Below, piece by piece: positions 10,420-19,574 of a stretch of 32,000 nucleotides of DNA. Position numbers and translations under genes: made by a program. The first letter of the stretch is position 1. Each line of letters begins with the position of its first letter. The notes under the pieces are model-generated. The model saw only the letters and a program-made list of their open reading frames with translations, had not been told where the DNA came from and made no database searches. This DNA comes from Nitrosospira multiformis ATCC 25196 (GTDB lineage Bacteria; Pseudomonadota; Gammaproteobacteria; Burkholderiales; Nitrosomonadaceae): the NCBI RefSeq assembly GCF_000196355.1, contig NC_007614.1, forward strand, positions 1,830,001 to 1,862,000, given 5' to 3'.

Positions 10420-12486
10420 CTAAACCGGATTCCTAGTTTTTACCCAAGCCTCAAAATCATCTGGCCTCATGGGCCTTGCATACAGATAGCCTTGGCTTTC
10501 ATCGCATTGAACGCTTCGCAAATACTCCGCTTGCCCTTCCGTCTCCACACCTTCAACTATCACGCGTAAACCAAGGCTGCGCCCCATTCCCACAATGGCG
10601 CGAATAATAGCTTTGGCATCAGTGTCCTGGGGGAGATCACGAACGAAGCTTCGATCTATTTTTAGCCGGTCAATGGCAAATTGCCGCAAATAGGACAAAC
10701 TGGAATAGCCGGTACCGAAATCGTCAATAGCCAGTTTTATACCCCGGGACTCCAGGAAGCACATTTTCTGTGTAGCCGATTCCACTCCATGCATCACCAC
10801 ACTTTCGGTCAACTCGAGTTCCAGGCATTCTGGCGAAAGACCGCTGTCTGCAAGTGCGCGCAGTACAACATCCGTGAAATCATTCTGACGGAATTGTACT
10901 GCTGAAACGTTTACCGCGATTGTTCCCTCGAATCCCTGCTGCTCATGCCATTGGCGTGCCTGCAGGCAGGATTCCCTCAGGATGTGCTCCCCCAGAGACA
11001 GAATCAAACCGCTGTCCTCGGCTACGGGAATAAAGCTTGCAGGGGAGACTAGCCCTCGCTCGGGGTGCTTCCAGCGCATGAGCGCCTCCACGCCTACCAC
11101 GCGTCCGGTAGCAAGCTCCAGCTGTGGCTGGTAGACCGGGAAAATTTCGTCACGCGCAAGAGCGCTGCGCAGGTCGTATTCCAGCCTGAGCCGCTCGTCT
11201 GCGCCGGAAGTCAAATCTTCAGAATAGAACTGGTAGCGGTTCCTGCCCTGCCCCTTGGCCGAATACATCGAAACGTCGGCATTGCGCATCAAGCTGTTGA
11301 CGTCCTTACCGCTATCCGGATAAATGCTGATCCCGACGCTTGCGGTCAGCAAGAGTTCATGCTGTTCTATTTGATAGGGCTGAGACAAGACTGCAATAAG
11401 CTTCTCGGCAACTCGCGCCGCCTCCGTCGCTGTATGAATCCGGCCCAGCAGGACAACGAACTCATCCCCCCCCAGCCGACTGACTGTATCCGCCTGGCGA
11501 ACCGTGGACTGCATGCGCTCTGCAACTGCCCTGAGCAGCTTGTCGCCGATTGCATGACCAAGCGAATCGTTGATCAGCTTGAAGCGATCGAGGTCCACGA
11601 ATAGTAATGCCAGCCGGAAGGCATAGCGGCTGGCGTTCTCGATCGCGATCCTCATGCGGTCGGTGAACAGCGCGCGGTTGGGCAGCCCGGTCAGCAAATC
11701 GTAATGGGCGAGATACTCGATACGTTTTAGCGATTCCTTGCGCTGAGTGATATCGTGCGCTATCTTGTATGCACCGACAATGTGGCCTGCGTTATCCTTC
11801 ACCGGGGATATCGTGACGGAGACATCAATCGGTTTCTTGCCCTTCCCCCATCGCACGGTTTCCAGATGATTTGTTTGTTTTCCGCTCTTGACGAGGTTCA
11901 TGATTCTGTCCTCTTCCTCCAGGCGATCGGGTGGAATTAGTCGGGAGATCGGACTACCTATGATTTCGCTCGCACGGTAACCAAAAATCCGTTCCGCACC
12001 GGTGTTCCACCCGCTAATGATGCCATTGAGATCCTTGATAATGAGCGCATCGTTCGAGGAGTCGAGGATTGCCGCTAACTGCGCTTTGTAGCTCTCCCCC
12101 TGTCTTCGTTCAGTAATATCCCTGAAGCTCCAAACGCGAACCATGTTTGACCCTTCAAGGGTTTTGGTTTTTGTATACCGCTCAAATACCCGCCCATCAC
12201 AAAATTCGAAGATATCAAAGCTTTCCGGTGTCCAAGTGCCATAAATTTCTTCGGTCGAGTGCAGGAATTGCTCGGGATCTCTTAATTGCCCGGCGCAATA
12301 GTCGAGGATTGCCTGGTGTCTCGCATGAGCCAGGAGTTCACCTGGAATGTGCCACATATTCACGTAAAGCTGGTTGTAGCAAAGCACCTTGCCCAGCTTG
12401 TCCGCCACAAGGAGGCCGTCAGCCGTCGCCTTTAAGACTGTCTCCAGCAAGGAGAGTGATTGGCTCAGTTCCAGCGTTTCTTTCAT
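10420..12486 (-). CDS. PAS-PAS-GGDEF-EAL diguanylate cyclase/phosphodiesterase
   Basis: 688 aa: two PAS-like regions (LNGIISGWNTGAERIFGYRASE), RLGGDEFVVLL (GGDEF), GVEALMRWKHP (EAL), IDDFGTGYSSLSYLRQFAIDRLKIDRSFV. Confidence 0.95.
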   Translation of the reverse strand: MKETLELSQSLSLLETVLKATADGLLVADKLGKVLCYNQLYVNMWHIPGELLAHARHQAILDYCAGQLRDPEQFLHSTEEIYGTWTPESFDIFEFCDGRVFERYTKTKTLEGSNMVRVWSFRDITERRQGESYKAQLAAILDSSNDALIIKDLNGIISGWNTGAERIFGYRASEIIGSPISRLIPPDRLEEEDRIMNLVKSGKQTNHLETVRWGKGKKPIDVSVTISPVKDNAGHIVGAYKIAHDITQRKESLKRIEYLAHYDLLTGLPNRALFTDRMRIAIENASRYAFRLALLFVDLDRFKLINDSLGHAIGDKLLRAVAERMQSTVRQADTVSRLGGDEFVVLLGRIHTATEAARVAEKLIAVLSQPYQIEQHELLLTASVGISIYPDSGKDVNSLMRNADVSMYSAKGQGRNRYQFYSEDLTSGADERLRLEYDLRSALARDEIFPVYQPQLELATGRVVGVEALMRWKHPERGLVSPASFIPVAEDSGLILSLGEHILRESCLQARQWHEQQGFEGTIAVNVSAVQFRQNDFTDVVLRALADSGLSPECLELELTESVVMHGVESATQKMCFLESRGIKLAIDDFGTGYSSLSYLRQFAIDRLKIDRSFVRDLPQDTDAKAIIRAIVGMGRSLGLRVIVEGVETEGQAEYLRSVQCDESQGYLYARPMRPDDFEAWVKTRNPV

Positions 12487-12843
12487 GCTTTTCCGCCTCT
12501 TTTATGCCCGATTTTCCTTTCTTTTCTTGATTGGAACGAATAAATCCGCGTGCTTCCAGAAATGCTCTGCAGATTAACTGGATCCATTCAAAAGCGAAAA
12601 ACTTACTTCTCAATCAGTGGGCCAATGGTGCTGCTGAGGATTGCGTCCTTCTGAAACTTCAGATCAGAAAATCGAGTGAAAGACTAGCGTAAAGAATGCG
12701 CTACAGCGGCCTGGAGTAAACCTGGAAATAGGTTATTTCTCTATGCCTGGTGAATACGGTGATCTTCGTAGGGAGCCTGCAACAGGATCTTGAAAACCTG
12801 CCGCTACCTTTACAATATTAGGCCTGAAAGTGATGCTTTAACT

Positions 12844-12863
12844 ACCTGTAAAATATTACAGGT
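12844..12863. promoter_or_regulatory. lux-box-like palindrome (putative LuxR-type binding site)
   Basis: ACCTGTAAAATATTACAGGT: perfect 7-bp ACCTGTA...TACAGGT arms with 6-bp spacer, the same arms as the classical Vibrio fischeri lux box ACCTGTAGGATCGTACAGGT. Confidence 0.5.
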
Positions 12864-13654
12864 AAGAACTGCAGTGCCTGTAATCTATACTGGATGATTG
12901 AAAAGGGGTTGCCCGGGACGCTCTCCAGGTGGTTGTGCTTCTCGGAAGCATCGATTCCGGCTAAGCGAATCTTGTGCTACCGCTTCGATCTGCTGACGAC
13001 CATCAAAAGTACCGCCCCCATCCTTTGCAGGAAGATTCCGGAAAAATTGCTCGTGATCCCCGCCTTTTCGATCATCCACAATTACTGTGGATAAGTTTGT
13101 TGATAAGCTATGTAAACGATGAGTAAGTTATCTTTCTGTAACATCTTTTCTTAGCAGACTATTTTTTGAACCCTTTTTAAAAATATTTATTATCAAATAC
13201 TTGAATAAAAATCAAGACCTGGGGTTTTTTCATGGTTAGTGCTGGAATTGCATATGTGTCCCAGGTCAAAAATGTGGATTATTTCGAAATGTCAAGCAAA
13301 ACGCGAGCGTTGATTTATAAAACCTCCTGGCTTTAGGTTCGATTCCCAGCCTCCTTCTTCCACTTACCCTGGGCGGATGCAAGTTCATATGCTTCCAATA
13401 TCCGGAATTTTTTGTTAAGAAAAAGTTATTTTGCTACTCTACTTTGTTTTGGCGCCGTTATTCCGAGGATAGTCATCACTCACCCCTTGGACTTGTCGCG
13501 CGCCTGCCTTTGATCCCTCATCGCGCCATGCATATATGACAGGAAAAACTCCGGGATGCGAAAGCGATGTTGCAGTGACAGGACTTAAGGTGAAGAGTGA
13601 TATTTCCGCTTGCACCAGTTGTGATTGGAGCAGCACGGCGAAATCCGAATAGGA

Positions 13655-14431
13655 ATGAGCAGGACCTGGATAGATATCATGGCAGACAGCAAACCCGACC
13701 TTCCTGATAACAACAAGAAATATCGCATTTCGTCGAAAAGCGGCATTCTCTCCGTGCTGCGAGTGATGATAAGGAATAATTCGCAAGCCACCTGTTATTT
13801 TGGTGATGCCGGCAGCTTTTTCCCGACCGCTCTTTTGAATCTCGACAGCCAGCGGGGGGAAATGGTGCTCGATTATGGTCCGAATGAGGAAATCAACCAG
13901 CAGGCATTGCAAGTTGAAAAATGGAATGTTGTTGCATTTCCCAACCAGGTGAAGGTTCAATTTTCCTGCCAGCAAATCGGGAAAACAGAGTTCGAGGGGC
14001 GCAATGCCTTCCTTGCACAGATCCCCACAAGTCTGTTGCGTATGCAAAAGCGGGAGTACTATCGCGTTGCCACACCTACGACTGCTCCCGTAAAATGTGT
14101 GATTCCCCTACTTCTGGGAAAATCGCCTTCCACCGTGGAAGTACTCCTGCAGGACCTCAGCTGCGGTGGGATGGCTGTTATCGACTCGAACGGTAGAAGC
14201 AATTTCGAGGAAGGAAGCGTTTACGAAAATTGCTGCATTGTATTACCCGATATCGGTACGGTTAATGTATCCATGCGGATAATCCGCGTGGAACCGGCCG
14301 ATACCGGATTCGTACATGATCTCCAATCCCAGCGCGTCAGTTGCGAGTTTGCCGATGCAGGCGAAAATGCGCTGTCTCTGATCCAGCGTTACATAACCAG
14401 ACTGGAGCTGGAGCAGAAGCGGGCATCATAG
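13655..14431 (+). CDS. YcgR-like PilZ-domain protein (c-di-GMP effector)
   Basis: YcgR-type N-terminal half followed by LRMQKREYYRVATPTTAPVKC and LQDLSCGGMAVID (PilZ RxxxR and D/NxSxxG motifs). The ORF is open from 13625, so the start is uncertain. Confidence 0.85.
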   Translation: MSRTWIDIMADSKPDLPDNNKKYRISSKSGILSVLRVMIRNNSQATCYFGDAGSFFPTALLNLDSQRGEMVLDYGPNEEINQQALQVEKWNVVAFPNQVKVQFSCQQIGKTEFEGRNAFLAQIPTSLLRMQKREYYRVATPTTAPVKCVIPLLLGKSPSTVEVLLQDLSCGGMAVIDSNGRSNFEEGSVYENCCIVLPDIGTVNVSMRIIRVEPADTGFVHDLQSQRVSCEFADAGENALSLIQRYITRLELEQKRAS

Positions 14432-14591
14432 GGCATTCCATCGTCCGCATCCCCGGACTCCCCGGGGATTCGTGAAAACCTACTTTAAGCAGTTCGGCAA
14501 CCGACGTTCTGAGTATAGACATTTGCAATCGCTCCCAGCAGTCGTACCCGTTTCCCCTGTTACGGGCCCCTCCCGGGATTCCAGAAAAAAG

Positions 14592-14619
14592 TTGCATAAG
14601 TTGGCGCCTAAATTATAAT
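14592..14619 (+). promoter_or_regulatory. candidate sigma70 promoter upstream of the multicopper oxidase gene
   Basis: TTGCAT, 16-bp spacer, TATAAT, about 120 bp upstream of the ATG at 14740. Confidence 0.4.
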
Positions 14620-14739
14620 GCGACTCATTCCTGTTATTACAACAATAAATACTGCATAACTCCCGATATCTCCGAAGCTGGCACGTGCAAATCGAGAAGA
14701 ATAGGAGCTTTGCTGGATGTGGATCAGAAGGAGCTCCTA

Positions 14740-16803
14740 ATGGTTTCGCGGCGCGGATTCCTTAAATATACTGCCGGGGGCTTGCTAACCCTTTTTGGAT
14801 CTGATCGGCTTAACGGCCTCTCCAGAGCGATTGCCGCGATTCCCGGCGGGTCACTCAACCCGGAACTTGTCGATAAATTCCGGACACCACTATTCATTCC
14901 ACCGGCGATGCCTGCCGCTGGAAAGAAAGTCATTGGGGATGGACGCCGTGTGGATTACTACGAAATTTCGGTAAAACAGTTTTCACAGCAGATATTGCCT
15001 CGCGGGTTTCCTCCGACAACCGTATGGGGATACGGCCCCGCCTTTCCTGAAAAGCGGCGATCTTTTGCTCATCGCGCCCCAGGTTTTACCATTGAGGCAA
15101 AATGGCAGGAACCAGTGATTGTAAAATGGATCAACGGCCTCAAGGATGCCACTACCGCAGGCTTCCTCCCGCCCTTGCTGCCGGTCGATCCCACCCTGCA
15201 TTGGGCAAACCCGCCAGGCGGCATAGCTCATCGCGACATGAGTCCCTCTTTCAGGGCGACCCCCGCCGCCTATCGCGGCCCTGTCCCGATTGTCACCCAT
15301 CTGCATGGCGCGATCGGGGTTGCCGGTCATAGCGACGGCCACCCTGAAGCGTGGTACCTGCCGGCGGCGGCAGGCATTCCTTCGGAATATGCCGCGTTTG
15401 GAACCTGGTATCAATTCTTCAATCGCGAGGCGAGCCTCGACGTGGGAGCGTGGGAGCCGGGCAGCGCTACGTTCACTTATCCCAACATGCAGACTTCGAT
15501 GCTCTGGTACCACGATCATGCGTTGGGGATGACGCGTACGAACGTCTATGCCGGCCTGGCGGGCATTTATATGATCCGCGGGGGCCCTGAAGGAGACGGT
15601 GCGATAAGGGATGCCCGAAGCGGCATGCGAGGCGTCCTGCCTCGCTCCACTTCCACGCATGGCCCGATGCATCTTCCGCAGCACAGGAATATCCGTGAAA
15701 TTCCCCTCATGATACAGGACCGGTCATTCAATATCGACGGCTCTCTCTTCTATCCTCATTCGAGGGCCTTTTTTGACGGGATCCCGGGGCCATTCATTCC
15801 TGACACCGATATTCCGCCCATCTGGAACCCGGAGTTTTTCGCCAATATGATGGTGGTAAACGGAAATACATGGCCCTTCCAGACAGTTGAGCAGGCCCGT
15901 TACCGGTATCGGCTGTTGAACGCCTGCAACTCGCGTTTTCTCATTCTCGACTTTAACAGCATTCCCGGTATCGAGGTCTGGATGATAGGTGGCGACAGCG
16001 GTTTTCTTCCGGCGCCGGCAAACATGACAGCAGTGAATGCAAACCGCATTCTCCTGGGGCCTTCCGAGCGGGCGGATGTGATCGTCGATTTCACTCGGGT
16101 GCCCATCGGACGACATGTACTGAAAAATATCGGTCCGGATGAACCCTTTGGGGGAGGAGTGCCGGGCACCGATTTTCAAATGGCGGACCCTCGCTCTAGC
16201 GGGCTGATCATGCAGTTTCACGTGACTCTCGCTCAAGAGGAGGACCGTTCGACGCCGCCGCAATACCTGCTGCTTCCGAATACTCCTCCCCTCCCGCGAG
16301 AGACATTTATCCGTCGCCTGGCGCTGCTGGAAAAGGAATCCTCAAGCTTCGACGAATCCCCCGCCGCCGCCTTTTTAGGTATCGTTCTGGGCGACCCGGG
16401 AGCGGGTCCGGCGGCCTGCATCGCCCGTGGATGGAAGGATCCCGTTACTCAGAACCCGGCAGTGGGGACAACGGAAATCTGGGAGTTCTACAATATGACG
16501 GAAGATGCGCATCCCATGCATGTCCACGCCGTATCCTTCGAATTGGTCAACAGACAGGCCATACTTGTAAATGAAGAAAGCGGGACAGTCCAGCTGGAAG
16601 CGGGATCGTCTCCTGTATCCCCCGAACCTTGGGAGTTGGGGCGCAAGGATACGGTTATTGCCTACCCCAGCCAAGTTACGCGCGTGCGCATGACCTTCAT
16701 CAGAGAAGGACAATACGTCTGGCATTGCCACATCCTCGAACACGAAGACAATCAAATGATGCTACCGTATCGCATCGGTCAGGCGAAACAACGAATACCG
16801 TAG
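14740..16803 (+). CDS. Tat-exported multicopper oxidase (CotA/bilirubin-oxidase-like)
   Basis: Tat-like MVSRRGFLKYTAGG; all four copper motifs: HLHGAIG, WYHDHALGMTR, HPMHVHAVSFE, YVWHCHILEHEDNQMM. AAGGAG RBS before ATG 14740; the track start 14710 is an upstream TTG. Confidence 0.9.
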   Translation: MVSRRGFLKYTAGGLLTLFGSDRLNGLSRAIAAIPGGSLNPELVDKFRTPLFIPPAMPAAGKKVIGDGRRVDYYEISVKQFSQQILPRGFPPTTVWGYGPAFPEKRRSFAHRAPGFTIEAKWQEPVIVKWINGLKDATTAGFLPPLLPVDPTLHWANPPGGIAHRDMSPSFRATPAAYRGPVPIVTHLHGAIGVAGHSDGHPEAWYLPAAAGIPSEYAAFGTWYQFFNREASLDVGAWEPGSATFTYPNMQTSMLWYHDHALGMTRTNVYAGLAGIYMIRGGPEGDGAIRDARSGMRGVLPRSTSTHGPMHLPQHRNIREIPLMIQDRSFNIDGSLFYPHSRAFFDGIPGPFIPDTDIPPIWNPEFFANMMVVNGNTWPFQTVEQARYRYRLLNACNSRFLILDFNSIPGIEVWMIGGDSGFLPAPANMTAVNANRILLGPSERADVIVDFTRVPIGRHVLKNIGPDEPFGGGVPGTDFQMADPRSSGLIMQFHVTLAQEEDRSTPPQYLLLPNTPPLPRETFIRRLALLEKESSSFDESPAAAFLGIVLGDPGAGPAACIARGWKDPVTQNPAVGTTEIWEFYNMTEDAHPMHVHAVSFELVNRQAILVNEESGTVQLEAGSSPVSPEPWELGRKDTVIAYPSQVTRVRMTFIREGQYVWHCHILEHEDNQMMLPYRIGQAKQRIP

Positions 16804-16946
16804 CAACTCCCAGCCGGCGGACAACCGCTGGCGTGCGGCAGCCAGGTGTGCGGGATTCCGCGGATAAGAAGAATCCGGCTTCAGGAAAAAGACGTTTGCC
16901 TGGCAACGGGTTAAGAGGTATAACACTTTCAATCCATCTCACTGCC

Positions 16947-17834
16947 ATGCATATGTGTATTCAAAGAATTATGCAATATCTCTTGCTAGTCGCAGGTTTT
17001 CTTGCGCTTTCCTTCCCTGTTGCATCGTTTGCGGCAAATCCCGATAAGGTGGAGTTCAAAAAAGAAGGCAAAGTCGTCAAGACTATGTCCGTGGATGATC
17101 TTCGCGCTCTCGCCCCCGAGCGGTCGCTCGAGGTGTTCGAGCCGCATGAGCGACGAAACTGGGTCTATCGAGTACTTCCGGCAAGGGCGGTATTCGATAA
17201 GGTATTTGGAAAGGATTGGGAAAAAGCGCGGGAAATTATCTTTACTGCTCTCGACGGATTCAAACCAAGTGTGCCGGTAAAAAAATTCCTCCGTCATGAA
17301 GGCTACTTTGCCTTTGCCAACGGGGATGGGGGATTATTCACGTTGACCAACAAGTTGCAGAACAACGAGGTCGCGACGCTCGGCCCGCTCTACCTGGTTT
17401 GGGATAATATCGGCTCAAAGGAGTTGCTCGAGACCTGGATATCTGATATGCCCTACCAGATCAAGACTATCGACCTCAAAATGAAAGAGCCGTTTCCGAA
17501 CATGCTTCCATCGGCCGCATCTTCGGAACAAGCGCGGCGGGGATTTGATCATTTCCGCACACATTGCGTGGCATGCCACACGATAAATGGGGATGGGGGT
17601 GGGAAGGCGCCGGAACTCAACTATCCGGAAAGTGTAGTGGAGTACATCAAGCCCGAATACCTCAAGCGCTGGATATTGGCTCCCCAGACCATTCGATATA
17701 ACACGCCCATGCCCGCGCTTGCGGAAGAAATTTCCAACAGGGAAAAGGTTGCGACTGAGATCATTGCCTACCTCAAGGCCATGGGAGACGCAAAACGGGC
17801 TCCGCCAGAGAATCCAGAGGACACTTCCAGGTGA
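16947..17834 (+). CDS. exported monoheme cytochrome c protein with N-terminal molybdopterin-oxidoreductase-like domain
   Basis: Signal peptide MQYLLLVAGFLALSFPVASFAAN; one CxxCH (HCVACHTINGDGG) with downstream Met candidates (NTPMPALAEE). The start may be 16947, 16953 or 16971. Confidence 0.8.
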   Translation: MHMCIQRIMQYLLLVAGFLALSFPVASFAANPDKVEFKKEGKVVKTMSVDDLRALAPERSLEVFEPHERRNWVYRVLPARAVFDKVFGKDWEKAREIIFTALDGFKPSVPVKKFLRHEGYFAFANGDGGLFTLTNKLQNNEVATLGPLYLVWDNIGSKELLETWISDMPYQIKTIDLKMKEPFPNMLPSAASSEQARRGFDHFRTHCVACHTINGDGGGKAPELNYPESVVEYIKPEYLKRWILAPQTIRYNTPMPALAEEISNREKVATEIIAYLKAMGDAKRAPPENPEDTSR

Positions 17835-17970
17835 CAGGGTAGAATGTCCCTGTGTTGTTATCCTTGTTTGATCGGGGCTAACGGGCTATTGGACTCCAAT
17901 ACATTAACCAGTAGGTAGTCATTAGAACTGCTTCCTGGTGTTTGGAAGTTTCATTGTTTGATTCATAGAC

Positions 17971-18633
17971 TCATTCTTTTGCCTCGGTTTGCAGGACTAT
18001 CCCCTGCTGTACTGTCCAATCGACGATCTCCGCAGCGAATCTGTCCGCCGCAACCCCAAAAGCCGTGATGATTCCTGATGTCCCCCGGCTCTGCACGGGT
18101 TCGCCGACTTCAAAGCGGCGCACTGCTACGATGCGGTTGCGCAGCGGCTGCGACAGAGTGGCATAAAAATATATGGTGGCCTGCGGTCCATCATTTGTAT
18201 ACTCAACCTGGAACGCACTCAGGTCACCGCCAAGCTCCAGATTGGCAATAAGATTATTGTTGTTGCCGTTAATGATGGAATTGAACCTGCCATCTGCCCG
18301 GAAAGCCCCAGCCAGTCGGTTGCGAAGCAGAACCGGCACGGGGTCGCTCCAGCGGATGCCCTTGTAAGAACTGAGTTGGCTACCCTGGCGCAGCGCCAGT
18401 ACCCGTGGACTATCCGTGATGTAGTTGCTGTGGGGCGTTGCAAGGCGCAGCGTCCAGGGCAAGGGACTACCGGAGGAACGGGGAGCAAACTCGGCAGCAG
18501 GCAATTGATAAATTTCCAGATTTTCGGTTGCAGGCAATATCGAGCATGAGGATACCAAGAGAAGCATGGCCGCTATCCCGGAACGGCCGGGCAGTCGCGG
18601 ATGGAAATGGCTTGCGCCAGGAATTGGGTTCAT
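17971..18633 (-). CDS. ABC-type transport auxiliary lipoprotein (PqiC/Mla-associated type)
   Basis: Lipobox LLLVSSCS; YQLPAAEF...RVLALRQGSQLSSYKGIRWSDPVPVLLRNRL...RFEVGEPV pattern; overlaps the MCE gene. Confidence 0.8.
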   Translation of the reverse strand: MNPIPGASHFHPRLPGRSGIAAMLLLVSSCSILPATENLEIYQLPAAEFAPRSSGSPLPWTLRLATPHSNYITDSPRVLALRQGSQLSSYKGIRWSDPVPVLLRNRLAGAFRADGRFNSIINGNNNNLIANLELGGDLSAFQVEYTNDGPQATIYFYATLSQPLRNRIVAVRRFEVGEPVQSRGTSGIITAFGVAADRFAAEIVDWTVQQGIVLQTEAKE

Positions 18634-19571
18634 GGTTCAAGCTCCTCGATTTTTTCCCGCCCCGTAAGGTAGGCAGCAGGATTCTCATCGAGACGACGTA
18701 CGGTTCTTGCCAGTGCAGACATGGTATTGCGTAGTTCCTGGAGGGCAGGTCCCAGTTCGTTCATGCCCTGCATGCCCCCGCTCAACGCGGCCCGATTCTC
18801 CAGCAGCAACTGATCGACCGACGCGCTGACTTTCGCCAGGGAAGCTGTGGCGCGATCGAGGTTGCCAAGAGTTGGAACGCCCTTCTCGCTCACGAGCGTA
18901 TTCGTTGCCGCCATCAGTTGCGTAGCCTCCCGCAATGCGGAGTTCGCCTGTGCGCTGGCAGTGGCCAGTTCACCCACGATTCCCCGCACGCTATCGTTCT
19001 GGCTGGCGATCACTGCAGTAGTCTGCTCTAGGTTCTCCAGCGTCCTGCTCAGCCGCTTGGCATTTTCTTGAGAAAGGATCTCCTTGGCCCGCATCACCAG
19101 CTGGGTGACATCGGCCATCATGTTGTCGCTGTGCTCCAGCAGCTTGGCGATGGGCGATGGGGTGGCCACGATGACCGGGTCCTTGTGGTCATCCTTTGCC
19201 ACGAGGTCGGGGCTGTCGGGAGACCCGCCGCTGAATTCGATCACCGAATTGCCGGTGATGCCTGTCAGTGCGAGTCGTGCCTGGGTATCCTCCTTGATCG
19301 GCGTGCTGCCCTGCACGCGCACCCGCGCGATCACGTTGCGGGGATCCTGCGGATCCAGCGCGAGATTGACCACGTCACCGACCGTGATGCCGCTGTACTG
19401 AACGGGGCTACCTATGGAGAGCCCCCTGACTGCTTCATTGAAGACCACAGTGTAGTAGCGCTGCACGGAGTCGCCCGGAGCCTTGCTCAGCCACAGAGTG
19501 AACAGCAGTGCAGCCGTTACCGTCATAACGGTAAAGAATCCGATCAGTACATGGTGCGCACGCGGTTCCAT
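18630..19571 (-). CDS. MlaD/MCE-family substrate-binding protein
   Basis: N-terminal TM followed by YYTVVFNEAVRGLSIGSPVQYSGITVGDVVNLALDPQDPRNVIARVRV (MCE domain). Confidence 0.92.
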   Translation of the reverse strand: MEPRAHHVLIGFFTVMTVTAALLFTLWLSKAPGDSVQRYYTVVFNEAVRGLSIGSPVQYSGITVGDVVNLALDPQDPRNVIARVRVQGSTPIKEDTQARLALTGITGNSVIEFSGGSPDSPDLVAKDDHKDPVIVATPSPIAKLLEHSDNMMADVTQLVMRAKEILSQENAKRLSRTLENLEQTTAVIASQNDSVRGIVGELATASAQANSALREATQLMAATNTLVSEKGVPTLGNLDRATASLAKVSASVDQLLLENRAALSGGMQGMNELGPALQELRNTMSALARTVRRLDENPAAYLTGREKIEELEP

Positions 19572-19574
19572 CAG

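Noticed and set aside
12894-13094. 66-aa ORF starting 30 bp downstream of the lux-box-like site
   Set aside because: No convincing RBS and no LuxI, LuxR or other family resemblance; an opposing 64-aa frame of equal quality exists. Kept only as context for the regulatory finding.
13325-13365. T-arm-like string GGTTCGATTCCCAG suggesting a tRNA fragment
   Set aside because: The T stem does not pair properly and no acceptor, D or anticodon arms are visible upstream; probably chance or a very degraded relic.
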